From positions 2,234,001 to 2,298,000 of the forward strand of contig NW_024704742.1 in assembly GCF_018977255.1 (NCBI RefSeq): a stretch of DNA of 64,000 nt. The letters run 5' to 3'. This document shows positions 49,131-62,996 of the stretch, in pieces; within the stretch, counting starts at the first letter, position 1, and each line of letters begins with the position of its first letter. The notes under the pieces were generated by a model that ran no database searches, was not told the origin of the DNA, and saw only the letters and a list, made by a program, of their open reading frames with translations. The translations under genes were made by a program, and so were the position numbers. This stretch comes from Callorhinchus milii. Lineage: Eukaryota.

Positions 49131-51274
49131 CCGAAAAACTGATTGTCCAGCTGGTTGTATTCCCTAAATCACATCGTAGTCTTATCTTTTATAACCTCCC
49201 CTCCGAACCTGATTGCCACCTTCTCCTGGTAGAGCTGCAGATCAGTGAATGGTATGTACAGCGCTGCCCTGGCAGATAAAGTGACCATTGCTGTATATTC
49301 CTATGCCGTCGGCATCTTAAGGTATTGGGGATATTGCTGGAGTCAGAGAGTTCACTGTATTGCATTGCATTAAAGGAAGTAACTGATGTTCTCTGGCAAG
49401 TACAAGTAAAGATGTAAGCAGGCTGTTTGCCTTAGACCAAATGAGGGGAAGAAGATAGGAACGTAGTAAACCTCAAGCAAGAATTGAGTTGAGAAGAATT
49501 TCTCTTGATTGAATAGGACAGTGGAAACAGGAAATAGACACGGAGCAAAATCAGTTGCTGCTGTCCATTTGGAAACAAGCAGATAATTATCTTTCTGTAA
49601 ATTATGGGTGATTAACGTTAATCTACGGGGTTGAGGGGCGGGGGTGGGGGAACGATCAGGAGTTTTGTTTGGTTGCCTTTGATTATCAGGGTGCCCTTGT
49701 ATATCGTTCCTTTAGGAGAGTCACGGGCCCTACCATATGGCGTGTTTAGATGTAGACTATCTGGGTCAAATGCCCTGTTCTTGTTCCATGGTCTCTTATG
49801 TCCTTATGTTTAAGCAGGATATAAGGAGCTAATCGAACATCATTGAATTGACAAGAGACCCGCAAGGGAATGTGAGGCCTCTGGTGTTTAAAAAATATAG
49901 TTTTTAAGATGCAACAGGACAAAAAGATAACTTTGTGGTGATGGACTACATACGTCCAAACCCACCCCTTTGTGCAGATTACCTGGTTGCAAAACATGTG
50001 CCAATGTTCATACGTCTTTTCTATTTATATTTAATAGGGCAACTGTTACTTATAACCGGCACAATTTAACAGTGAAGAATGGGTTCTAAACCCAGGTAAA
50101 TGTTATCACGCTGATTTTTCATCAGCGCGCTACTTCCCTGGGTTGGCAATAAAAACATTCTTCTCACTTCCTCGATCATGTGTCTCAAATTCAACCTCCC
50201 TATTTTGGACACTCTCATTTTTCATTACAGTCAGTCTGTCATTTTTTCTGAGCAAGATTGCTTGCTTAGCGGTCAGTCTTGTGGAGTCGGGCTGTGCCTA
50301 CGGGGAATTGGATTGAAACGTTGCAGCCTCAATCTTGGGTAAATACTCTTATAACTACCAGGGAGGGGAGATGTTCACCCACCTCGTTTGAACCCAAGTC
50401 CCACTGGTGTGAAAGTGGCCTCCTCGATCGCTGTATTGTCCAATCCTCCAGATATAACTGCTTCCTTTCAGGCTAAACAGACATCTCCGCTTAATATACA
50501 CACAATTACGTTTGCAAAGGCTTGGTCTTGGTTTTCTTCACCTTGGGACGGAAGCTCAGTACATTTTAGGCTTACTAAAACAACTTAGAAAACTGACGTA
50601 TAATGAACCAAATAACATTTTACAGTCGAGTGACTTGGCATTTTGCCCAATCGCTAATATAAGAGACCTTTGTACTCACCACAGTCTCAATGAGAAACTT
50701 TCTAATTCAGTAAAGCCATGCACCATCTATTGCACTGACATCAATCCAGGTTTCTATTAAGTTCCATTTAATAGGGACGTTGATTTCCTCGGGGGGAATT
50801 TCCTTTTTTATTCAGCTTCCAAGATGCAGCCTGTGGTTAGTTTGCTCTATCCCATACATTGAAGGTTTCTCTCCTCAGGAGAAGGTGATTTAAACTGAAA
50901 CACAGTGAATTGAGTCAGTTTAAAGCACACTGCGGGGTCTTCTAAAGAGAATAGTTTCTAAAAGTGAAACATCGGGAACATCCGAATTGCATTGCTGGCA
51001 AGCAATCAAAACAGTATAGGATTGTCAGTTAGCCTTGACCTAATTGGTGTTTGATTGGTGCTATCAGTGTACATTTTACTGCCAACCTACATTTTTCACT
51101 TTATTGAGAAAAACTGCATTTTTAGAAACCCCCTGTATTTGTTTTTATTCCGACAAATTCTCTCCCCCTCTTTTCCGGAAATTATTTCGCTTTCTTCTCT
51201 CCTCCCGTGGGAGTGGCAGCCAATAACTCCATACAGAAAAGGTTTGAGAACTCAGTCATTATTATTATTAGCAA

Positions 51275-51553
51275 TTATTAATAATCCTGGCATTTGATAT
51301 AGCACCTTATTGTGTCTTTGAGACATCTGAAAGCGCTCCACAGAATATACTGTAAAGTATATTTTGTGGGCGAAACACGGCAGACACGGTAGTGTCGCAC
51401 ACACAGTTGTGGATTGAGTGACCAAATTTTTATTATTATTATTTGGTTTGAAGGCATTATTGCCCCTGGAAAAGTGATCCGCCAATCGACTCACAACCGG
51501 GTTCCTACGTACTGCTGGCTAAACAGAGGCGTGTGGAGTAAGGAAACTTGCCC
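51275..51553 (-). mobile_element. SINE subfamily B, 5'-truncated
   Basis: Tail plus B middle segment in reverse complement. Confidence 0.82.
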
Positions 51554-51629
51554 AGTAGTAAGGAAGCTGTAAGGAAACTTATTGACTTTTGTACACATTA
51601 GCAACTTGGATTCACAAACCCAGTGTTAG

Positions 51630-52560
51630 GTGGATAAATTTGCAGATGACGCAAAGTTTGGTGGCCCTCTGGAATCAGTGGAGACGATCAAGCATTGATA
51701 GTTTGGTAGAATAATGCACACGGGCAAATAATTTGGGTAAATTGAGTTGAATACAGATGCAGCAAGGTATTACATGTGGGAAATAATAACAGGAAACTCA
51801 CATACTCCATGGGTAGAATAAAATTTACTGAGGATGAAGCTGAAAGAGATCCAGGGTGTGAGTTGACTCATTGCTCACCATGTCAAAACAGTGTGAAGCA
51901 GCGATAAATAAGGCAAACAGAACACTGGGCGATATTGCTAAACCGGTTGAGTTGAGAACCACAGAATTCCTTCTTCAGCTTTACATTCCTCTGGTCAGGC
52001 GGCGCCTGGAGTATTGCAGACAGTTCTGCATTTCTGATCACCGCGACATAAGGACAACCCCAGGCTCTCCCGCCTCTCCCCATCCTCTCCCGCAAACGCC
52101 AACCGAGAGTACATGCTGGACTTTCCTCGAAACCAAAGCCGAGGAGTTCTGCTCAGCTGCCTCTGTCCTTTCTAACTGCTACCGCCCCCTCCCCATCTCT
52201 CCCCTCACACCCCAGCCCCTGCCCATCGCGATCGATGGGGGTTGACCTCCAGTGTTAGAGGAATGAGCTGTGAGCGCCGCGATTAGACCAGGAATCGTCT
52301 CAGAGTGGGGCCGGATGGGAATCATACGAGATTTTAAATGGGATTGAGAAAGTAAACGCAGAATAATAATTTAGAAGGCAGTGAGAGAGCCAGACAAGAG
52401 AACACAAGGTTAGGGTTGCAAAGGCCAATTTCAGAGCAAACATCTGCATGTTTTTCTTTAGCCAAAGGGTAATCAGTGACTGAAACAGATTGCCAGGAAG
52501 GGTAGTAGCGGCCAGAACATTGGACTCGTTTAAAAAGCAGCTCGATGCTGTGATGGGAGG
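51630..52560 (+). mobile_element. Old CR1 ORF2 3' fragment, split by an insertion at about 52050-52325
   Basis: KFADDAK RT motif at about 51636 and KQCEAAINKANRTL...LVRRRLEYC; the element resumes at about 52330 with C-terminal and 3' UTR sequence. Confidence 0.82.
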
Positions 52561-53902
52561 ACAGTAATAATAAATAATAATGATCCTTGCATTTGATACA
52601 GCGCTTTTCACGTCTTCTAGACGTCTCAAAGGGCTTCACAGAATATGCTGTGGATATTTAGTATGGATCACATCAGATGGGGTGTACAACCTTCTTCACG
52701 TTCACCTTCAAAATACAGACACTTCACTTTACAGTAAATCCTGTGATGCTTTGAAACGTCCTTCGGATACGAAAGGCGCCATATCAAATCTAAGTCATGT
52801 TTTTTACCATTATCCAATGCCAATCTTGTCAACATCTTTTCTTTCCCCCCACCGTGGCCACCTTGACAGGTAACATAGAATGAATATAGGTGATTGAATT
52901 GTCTATCAGGAATCAGGGCAGCCCCACGTTCATCATGTTCCAGAAAACAGAAGCTTTTTTTTCCTTTACGTCTAGATGTTGGTACTTCTACCCAATGTTG
53001 GCAACCTCCCTGCCCAGGTAGAAGGAGGTTGAACACTTTAAAAGCCGCAGAAAGTGGATCAGTACACAGAAAGAATGCTTAAATCAAGCAACAAAGGTTA
53101 TCTCAGCAGTAAGTCTAATTCATTCAACTGAAGGAAGGACTAACGGGTGAAATTAGTAACATCTGGTTCTAGTATTTAAGTTGCATTCAGATATTTGGGC
53201 AGCAGGGATTGAATTTAAATTAATGATTAATTTAATATGCTAAATATTTAATAAGGTAAAAATGGAATAAGTAAGGAATAGGTCAACCATCCACAGGCAA
53301 TCCATCATAGAGAGGAATACGCGTGTTGAAGGTAGTCGTACTTTGCATCTATTCTGCATCGAATAATAATGGTAAAGATTTAAAATGTGAGGTGCGCATA
53401 TATCGAAATATTTGAACACCTGTAAATGCAGTAATTTGTTTTGAAATCTAGAGAATCTCTCACTTGCTCTTAACTGTTTTTTTTTTACTGTCCTTAATTG
53501 CTGTACACCAGAGGTTAAGTTGCAACAGGAGACATAAACTCAAGAAGACTGTTAGAAGCAAAATAAAAATAAGATTCCTTGCATTTCACACAGCGCTTTA
53601 TCAAATCGGTAAAATATGTCAAAGTGCTTCAAATATCATCTGAGGGATGTACCACTCAGAGAAGCAAGTTCAGTATTTTTAATGAGCACTGGGGTGAGAA
53701 TGGAATTGGATACATCATGGAGGACACATATCGTTGCATCTTTTTGAAGCGCGGCTATTTGAGGTTTGCCAATCTAGTCCGTGTATCCTGCGTCTGGTCA
53801 GTGTGAGACTCTTTTACACTCCTGGTATCTTCTCCTCTAAGTTTTAGGAAAAATCTCATTTTAATGTTAATTACAAAACTGCTACAAGGATGTGGAACCC
53901 AG

Positions 53903-54225
53903 TAATAATAATAATAATAATCCTTGCATTTGATATAGCGCTTTTCACGTCGGGAGGACGTCCCAAAGCACTTCACAGAACACACTGTAAAGTGAATTGA
54001 CTGTATATTTGTGGGCGAACGCGGCAGCCAATTGCGCACAGCAATGTCCCACAAACAGTCGTAGATTGAAAATGACCAATTTATTATTGTTTTTTTTTGG
54101 AGGGATTATTATTAGGCTCTGTGTGGAGTAAGGAAACTTGCCCGAGGTTTCGCCCTCTGCCTGGAATTGAACTCAGGTCTCTCGTTTGCAAAGCGACTGC
54201 TCTAACCACTGAGCTACAGGACTCC
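53903..54225 (-). mobile_element. Full-length tRNA-Ala SINE, subfamily A
   Basis: Reverse complement is nearly identical to 36793-37121. Confidence 0.92.
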
Positions 54226-54299
54226 TGGAAGTACCGGAAACGGTGGTTGAAGCCGAGTCAGTTACGTTATTTTATAGGGAATTAATTAAGCACTTTGAA

Positions 54300-54425
54300 A
54301 AGACACTCCAGTGCCGTGTTGTGGGGGAGCACAGCATTGTCAGATGTGCTCTATCGTTCGGAAGAGACGCCAAACCGAGGACTCGTCTGCCCGTTCAGGT
54401 CGACGTCAAAGATTTCATAGTGCTT
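54300..54425 (+). mobile_element. Deu-domain SINE core fragment
   Basis: cggaagagacgccaaaccgaggactcgtctgcccgttcaggtcgacgtcaaagat. Confidence 0.7.
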
Positions 54426-55644
54426 GCCGTGGTGGGTGTTAAAGCGGGTCAGATTAATCTCTTTCGACAAGTGATGGCTGTGATGAAAATGTCCTTTGCT
54501 TCCTGCTCAGGCTAGACTGTCCCAAACAAATGTCAACCTGTTGCCCTTTTGCCCTGCTTGCCTGGAGTATCTGGAGTAACCTTCTGCACTGCATCATGCA
54601 ATCCGACATACTTCTACGGCTTGTGTCTCTCTCTCTCTCTCTCTTTCTCTCTGATGGTACGATTAAGCAAGAGCAAACCCGTGCCCTAGAATTTTTACAC
54701 AGTGTGGCCCATTGGATTTCAGAGGCTGAGGCAATAGTTACCACGCCTCAGTCTTCGAGCCACGCTGCTGTAGAATTTCAAACATGTCAATGACGGAGAA
54801 CGGGATTAGCTAACATCCTTGATGTTGCCAGTGGTTACTATGTCAATGCAGCTTAATTCCTCTCGTTCGCCTTCACTGAATCCGTAACCTCAGCAGCATC
54901 TAAATTTTGATCAACAGCTTCATCTTTGTAACGACCTTACCTTGACGTATTTCATCGATCTGTGGTCTTACCACTATTGGTGATGGATGAATCCTATATA
55001 CTCGCCTGATGTGTGAAACGCAGCTACGTTTGAAGGACACGTTCTGCCCTTCTTTCCGTCTGTGCTTTATTTAGAGCTAATTGCTTCAGTAACGGTGTAC
55101 TCCAAGACGGAACCCTTTTCTGTCCTGTTTATCCGTATGGAAAAATGGTTCTCAGCGCAGAAGAGAGGGTGATTGACCCATCTTGTCTGTGTCAATGATC
55201 ACTGTGTCTTGTAATATTTGTATGACCTTTCGTCAGTCAGTCAGTCAGTCAGTGAGTCAGGTTTGAGCTTTTACTCTCTCAATTTCCTCTTGAAATCGCG
55301 TGAAATCTAAGATTAGCCTCTCCCTACAAAGATTCTGCGATGTGTTGAATTTTGAGTGTTCTCAGCTAAAATACCAGCAATTAGCCACTGTTCAGTTCTT
55401 ATTGAAGAGGAAGTGAATTTCATGATACGGTGTAAATATAGAATTATTATTTGGCAAAGGAACAAAACGATTTTGTTCTATTAAAATTGTAGCGAACATA
55501 ATTATTAGGCTGCGATTCGCCAAACAATATCTTTGGGGAAGCAACGTTGAACTATTCAAATTGTCGAGTGTAATATCTGCATGAGTTCATCTCCCAGCCT
55601 TCAGCCTCATTCAGACTTGCCTGCCCTCTGTTTTTTTTTCCTCG

Positions 55645-56318
55645 TTCCCCGCTTTTTTCCACCTCCGTCACATTGCCCGCCTCCGTCCGTACCTCACGCC
55701 CACAGCAGCTGAAACCCCCGTCCACGCCTTTGTCACTTCCCGGCTGGACTATTCCTCGCTGGTCTCCCCAGTTCCACCATACGCAAAAATTCAATTGGCT
55801 CAGAACTCCGCCGCCCGGATACTGATACGTACAAAACTCCGCGCCCCCCATCACACCAGTCCTCGCCAGGCTCCGCTGGCTCCCAATTACCGAACGCATC
55901 GACTTCAACATCCTCTCACTCGTTTTCGAATCCCTTCGTGCCCTCTAACCTCCCAACTTCTCCGACCTGCTTACCCCCCCCCCCCCCTCCAACTCCACCA
56001 CCCGCTGCCTCTGCTCAACCGGCTCCGGCTTCTTGTTTGCCCCCCATCCCCCTCCGCTCCACCATCGGCGGCCGTGCTTTCAGCCGCTACACCCCGAAGC
56101 TGTGGAACTCTCTCTCCTTCAATCCCTCCGCGTCGCCCCCTCCCTCCCTCCCCACTTTCAAAATCCCACCTACAGTGCTTCCTTTTTGATCGTGCTTACG
56201 GTCACCTCCCGCCTCCCTCTCCCCCTGGCTCGGGGTCAGACTCTGCCATTGTAAAGCGCTCCGGGACACTACCCCACCCCCTGAAAGGCGCTACATAAAT
56301 GCAAGTTGTTGTCGTTGT
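55645..56318 (+). mobile_element. L2-type LINE 3' end
   Basis: Translates to FFHLRHIARLRPYLTPTAAET.VHAFVTSRLDY, QNSAARIL and IGGRAFS...PKLWNSL; ends in the hairpin tail gtaaagcgct...aaaggcgctacataaatgcaagttgttgt. Confidence 0.9.
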
Positions 56319-57399
56319 ATCACATGCAAATGTTTGTGGGAGTCTTCAATGCAGGTAGATGAACATTGATCCAACGTGTTAGTGTCTATGTTGGATCGAT
56401 GGGTAAATAAGTGATTTGTTGGCCATACAGACCAAGAAAGTCTCCCTCAGTTTCTGCCTGTGCTAAACTTCTTCTTGTAAATTTCTCTTGTGATGGTGCA
56501 AGCTAAATCTTAAGAAGGGACCACTCTCTAAATGTAAAAGTGTAGAGACCTACGTTATTGTTTCTCTCGCCCCTTGTTCAGCGATACCATGATGCACAAT
56601 GCATTTCACCAGAGAATGGTCGAGGAGTATTCAATGCTAATGCATTCCTAGGCATTTCTTTGGCTCCATTGTATGAGTATGGCCTCAATATTACTTTGCT
56701 TTGTACAGCTCCTTAAATGGGCTAAAGGTAGTTTAGGAGTTGCTGAACTCAGAACTCTCTGTAAACAATGAAGCTATTTGGATGAGGTTCTTTCTACCAT
56801 GTTTTATCTGCTGGAACCTGTTGCAAATGCCTGGCCGTGCCGGAGTGAGGAATGAAAGCTGAACAAGACAGAAACTCTGTGCCATGAATGACATTAAATC
56901 AGTACTGTACCAGAATTCTAACGCTGCAACTTCTGGAAGGAATCATCCAGTCCTGTTTTTTTCCCCCTTTCTTTGGATGCGTTATCCAGCAATCCTGATT
57001 GTCCTATTGCGCTAAGCTTGCTGTGGATTTGTTTCATTCCATATGAATGAATTGCAGAGCTGAACATTTACACGGGCATATGAGCTTTCCTCTGGTTTCA
57101 GAATACATTGCTGCGCCTATAACCATCTAATACCTCAGTTAGAGTTAAACAGCCTGCCACGCTAAAGTGCGTTCTGAGAAAAGGATTTGATTCCGTGACA
57201 CCAGATGGTTTATGTTGATATCATTTCAAATTCCCTTGTAGCTGCACAGAACAAAAAAAAATTGAACTCCGCAGACCTCCTAATGCTTGCATAGCAAAAA
57301 CGTTAGAACAAGGGAAAGCTGACTGACTTAAGCTCTGAAGAGAGTGGCACATTCGTGGAATGGACTATCCAGGGATGTGGTGGAGGAAGATGGTGTCAG

Positions 57400-57740
57400 A
57401 GGAGATTAGATAGATAGAGGCAGGCCGTGGCTTGCTGAGGAGTGAGGGGAGTACCTGGGTCGGTGGTGTTGAAGACGGTTGCACAGGTGGGTGGGAAGGT
57501 GGGACAAGCCACAGAGAAATTTAAAGGTGAGGACGAGGATCTTCTGCTGGGGAATGGGGAACCAGTGGAGCCAAGCGAGCACGGGGTGTGGGGGGCGTGG
57601 GTGGTGATAGACCCGGAGACCCTCGTGCAGGAGAGGACACAGGCTGTAGAGTTCGGGATAGTTTGTAGCTTACGTAGGGAAGAGCTAGGCAGTCAGAGTG
57701 TTAGTGTAGTCAAGCCTGGATGATATGAAGGCGTGGTTGA
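57400..57740 (-). mobile_element. Decayed L2 fragment
   Basis: Reverse complement shows tccaggcttgactacactaac (SRLDY.N) and KILVLTFK motifs. Confidence 0.7.
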
Positions 57741-58919
57741 CAGTATTCCTAAATGTATTCCATTCCTTAGTTACCGCTATCACAACTGGACAACACATTG
57801 AAAGAAAGGGAGAAACGGTGAATGCAAAAAAAGTGGAAGGAATTGAAAGAGGAAAGAAAGGGAAGAATTTGTATTTTTACATCCCCCAGAAGGTCGAAAC
57901 ATCTCCAAGACTGAAGCACGCAGGGAAGGTTTGATAACGTCAAAATAAAGAGCAAGTTAAGAAGCTAATAGTGTAAATGCTTTGAGACACCCTCCTGCCA
58001 CCCCTGATTTATAGTGGAGTTAAGAACAACCCGCAAAGAGCTAGATCGAGAATAAAGCAAAGAGAAAGAATGACAGGGCCACCCGAGAATCCATCACAAA
58101 ATCATCTTGAAGTCTCCAGAGTTGCCGAGGGCTGAGGCTGACGCTTGGTTCTCAGCGTTCATCAAAACGGGACGGTATGCAAGTCCAGGCAATTCAGGAA
58201 AGGTGCCATTTGACAGCGATACAGTCAGTGCAGTCGAGGCAGCGGACCGTGAACTTACGAAGCACGTAGAAAGTGCCGAGCACTTGCTTTTCCTATTGTT
58301 TCTGACGGCTTACACAGCAGGACGCAAATAGCCAATGCAGATCCTTGGCTTTTTTTCTTCCCAGAGAACATGGCAGCTGTCATGTGTTTGGCTTTTCAAC
58401 CGTGCGCAAATAACACAGATGCCTTTGGGATGGGTGGGCGGGCGGAAGAGGGTTACTACAAGCGAAACCATGTGAAGAAGCATGGTGTGCAAGCCTGTGA
58501 AATTTGATTGTTGCTCTGTTCTTCTCCGCTTCCCCACTCACTGCTTAATGTGCAACATCCCTCAGACGTGCCAATACCGGACCAATTTTTATAAATAGAT
58601 TTGAATCCCAAATAATTGAATAAATAAGAATCTCAAATCGTTGCACAAATTCAGGCCTGAAGGAGACTTTTTCTCTCTTCCTCAAAATATCCTATTGTTT
58701 GCATAGAATGACAAACACTGCTGTTTTTTTTATGCAATTGCTTTTGTTACTATTCCCCACAAAATCCAGTAAACTGCAACCTGGGAGAGAGGAAAAAAAC
58801 ACACAACGAAAGGCTGCTGTATTCTGCTGCTAGGCTCTTCAGAGCAACGGCAAACATTCAAGGGTCATTTGCTTTTAGTAGGAAATCAAATCTGTGGCTA
58901 TACTTCCTCTGTATTATGG

Positions 58920-59240
58920 TAATAATATTCATAATCCCTGCATTTCATATAGTGCCTTATCATGTCTTCGAGACATCTCAAAGCGCTTCACGGAATATAC
59001 TGTAAAGTGAATTGACTGTATATTTTGTAGGCGAAACGTGGCAGTCAATTGCGCACAGCAGCGTCCCCGCAGACAGTCGTGGACTGAATGACCAAATTAT
59101 TATTATTATTATTTTTTTGACGGAATTATTATCCCCAGAAAAGCGATCCGCCAATCGAACCACCGGGTTCCTACTTACTGCTCGGTAAACAGAGGCGTGT
59201 GGAGCAAGGAAACTTGCTCTTGCGAGGCGAGTGTATCTCA
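58920..59240 (-). mobile_element. SINE subfamily B with a deletion in the head
   Basis: Tail, B middle segment and a partial anticodon arm (tgcgaggcgagtg). Confidence 0.82.
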
Positions 59241-59827
59241 ACACATGTGGAAAAAAATGTCCTATAATTAGTAGTGAAGGTGCTCAGATTGGCCTTGAAG
59301 GTGCGCAGTTGTGCTATCTGATGGTGCATTTCGCGCGTACCCTCAATGTTAAGAATGAGTAGTCAAACAAAACATATAACCCGCCAACAATACAGGAAGA
59401 GGTGTTCGTCTCTCTGCCATCACTTATGCCAGTTCTCTTCTGGATTATCTTTTACACGTACGTGGGTTCCAGAATGGAACGTACACATATGGGACAGCAG
59501 AGAAGAGATGCTATGGTATAACACAAACAGTATTCCTTCCAAATAAAAAAAATGAATTGGATGCAACCCCGCCAATGCAAAGCAGACCCCCCAGTGATTA
59601 ACTCACGCATCATGATGTGAAACCGAAAAATAACATTTTGAATGAGTAAACGTGTCATAACTTGGATAATGCAACTGATAACGAGTTTCTTTCCTCGGTG
59701 CTTCGGAGTGAGAAGGCAAGTTTTCCAAATTAAGGCTGGAGTTAGAAAAAAATTCCAAATTCCGAATGCTCAATGTTATACTGATCCAGGTGTCGTCCCG
59801 TCTTAGTTGGTAGCCTTCTTGTCTCTT

Positions 59828-60070
59828 GAGTCGGAGACGTGTTAAATCAAGATCGTGTTCGGATCCCATTCGTAAAGAGAAGGGGGTTTCTCCTGGTGTC
59901 CTGGCCGACAATTCTCCAAATAAAATTGGTCACTCACTTCGTGGCTGTTTGGGGGACATGGCCCTGTGCAAATTGAATGCTGCGGTTACCCACAAAAGTC
60001 ATTGCAAAAGCGCTTTGAGATGTCTCAATAACGTAATAAGGTGACGTATTTGCTACAAGGATTATTATCA
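59828..60070 (+). mobile_element. Deu-domain SINE 3' half
   Basis: gatcccat...gaagggggtttctcctggtgtcctggccgacaatt followed by the shared tail. Confidence 0.68.
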
Positions 60071-62996
60071 CATAAATAGAGTCAATCGAGGCCCTGTGTG
60101 GAATGTATTTTTCAGACAGTGCAGAGGTATGTGTATATCTAACTTACACACGCAGCAGAGTGAGAGAGAAAAAAATGATGTTGCAGCTGAAGGTGTAAGC
60201 ACAATGCATCATTACCTTTTTATGCTATAATAATTCAGAAAAATATACGCGTGCAAAGATTCACAATGTTATACATTTCCCGAAAACCTGTAGTTTACAG
60301 CTGATTTAATCTCTTCTTGCAGGAAATGTGCCACTAGACATTCAGTCCCAACATCATTTTTATTCAAATTGCTCTTCTAGTGAAATATACTCGACAGCAG
60401 TAAAGGTATTGAATCCACAGTAAATAATTGCTTTGGTATCTTCCTCTTAAGGTCTGCGGTTCCCAGAAGCTGGATTTTAATGCATTTTGGTTGAATTAGA
60501 TTTCTTTTTCAACAAACAAAATGCTTTCTCCAGGAATTTTTTAAGTGAAATCTGAAAAGGCTCATTACAGTAACTCTCCCACTCCAAAGGCGCATTGTGC
60601 CTGTAATTGAGACCGATAAAAACCACAGGGCAGATTTCTATTATTTCCACAACCAACGGGAATAGCGGTCGGATGCATATACAGTGGCGTACACAAGTAC
60701 ATATACTCAAAGTACCTCTTCAAAATTCTTGTTAATTTTGTCCTGGAGAGGCTGAATGGTTGGATGTGAGATTGGTAATCAGGCAGCATTCTTTCCCCAC
60801 GAGGAATCATTTTCTCCTCCCAGAAGAAGCTCGACATGGGGTAAAGTGTAACTCAAAATCCTTGTCTTCGCCAGGGACAGAGTCCTTTCCCCACACGCTG
60901 TGCAATGTAACAGAGCTGTTTACGAAGTGACGTGAAGTGATGTATCGTCCAGGGCTAACGCAACGGCCAATTTGTGCTTAGCGGGTGTCGCAAACAGCCA
61001 CAAAGTGAATGGTTGGACTGAAGCTTCCGCGCGCAATCAGACCGCTCTGCCCGCAGAAGGGGTTGCACGTTGGATACAGCGAGTTCCCCCAAATCATAGA
61101 GGCAGAGAGTTAAGGTGCACTTCTCACACAGCAGGGAAATTTGAGGCTGTGGGCGAGGGAGTGGGGAGAAGTTTACAAACAGGGTAGAGCGCGGAAACAG
61201 GCCACTCAGCCCAACAAGTTCATGTCGGTGTTTATACTCCACATGAGTCTCCACCTTCTCCTTACTCCCTACCATACCCTTCTCCCTCGTGTAAAGGTCT
61301 AGCTTCTCTTGACTGCATCCATAGTTGATTTATTACGATTTTGGCAGTAACTTTTCCAAGTCCCGGTGACTGGATCAGTATCCCGGTGAATCCCGACCCT
61401 AACAGAAGGTTACTTTGCAGTCACAGAGGGACCAACAACTTAGATTAAACTAGTGCTGCGTCAATGCTTGTCCAAGGAGACAGAACTTTCTAACCGCACA
61501 ATGATCTTTTCACAAACCTTGCTGCTGTTTATATTTGCTCTGTCTAATAAGCGCAGACAACTACAAAAACCCGAATGTTTTTCCTTGAAGGGAAAATGAA
61601 GACTGTGAAGCATTCATGCGATTTTTTTTTTTTTGCTGTTGACAATTTGGGGGGCATTTGACCTATTCGTTATTGCGCTTTCGCAGTTTGTTGCATTGGT
61701 GCAATTCTAGGTTGGGAAAAAATGCATTGATGTCCAATGTGCAATGGTTTCTACCAAGATTTCCACAGAACCAGGTCACGCTGAGCCACAGGAGCTCTGC
61801 ATAAATGTGATTTAGTTCCAGAACGAGGTCCTTTGTGTCAACATGACACGTGTAACGTAATTCCCTTACTGGAAGGAGTCCCCATTAAGATTCCTCATCA
61901 AGCAATCATGTTAGAAATCACTACACATTGCACTGCATTGTTTTGAAGGGTAAATGCGTGTGTATGTGTGTCTGTGTGTCTGTGTGAGACGGTTCACTTA
62001 AGAGCTTAGTAACTTAAGCACTCTACATAAATGCAAGTTGTTGTTGTAATACTGCCTCACTCAGAAAGCATGCAGGAGTGGTAAAATATTCTCTGCGGTT
62101 GACAGAGGATCGCGCACGGGGTTCCGAAACCAAACCTTTCGCACCTCAGCCAAGAAGAGGTCTGTCGCCAAACGGTTAACAAGGAAAGCGTGATGTTTGG
62201 CAGAGCAGTTGTGCTTATCAAAGCCCTCTGAGACTCTACTCTTTTCCCCGCTGAGATGAGAGTCTGGGTAGCTTTGATTGAACGATCAATCCCAGGCTCT
62301 TTATGCTGAAAAAAAAACTAATCCGCGACATATTCCCTGCAGTGTTGCATTAACAGATTCCCGCTTTTCGCCTGTCCTACCAATATCAAGAATAATCTTG
62401 GAAAATTTCACCCTTTGGTTAACAGCCCATCATGCTGAACATCAGAACCTGCTGTTTACATTGAACGCATTGCACTGTGCAATGGGGATATACTAATCTG
62501 AACACAGCATAAAATGCACACAAGGCTTCAATTCACTCTGATCGTTCACTGTCTTCTACATTTTAGAGGAGAAACTCGCACTCTGATATTTAAAAACTTG
62601 ACAGGGCATTGGCGCACTGCTTCGTGTGAAGAGTGGTGTACAAGTACATGCTGCTGTTGTTGTGTTGACCGTATTCCTGCTACATGCTGATTGTGAGTGA
62701 GGTTCAAGCAATTCACTCAAAACGGACTGCAGCAATTGCGGCAATTCTGTTTAAATTAACGTAGGGCATCTTAAAGGTTTATGTAGGACAAATTGGAACA
62801 AGTCCAACCTGGCCTCACCACACTTTTGGACACCAATCTCGTATTCCACATATTCGTCTTGACAGTACATCCTGCAAAGTGGTTTGTGACGTGCTTCTGA
62901 TGTTAAAAGGTCTACATTAGATGTAAGGATTATTCAGTATTATCACCAATCTTTGTTTCCTACCGAATGCCAAGGTTCCTTCAATCCAGCCAGTCA

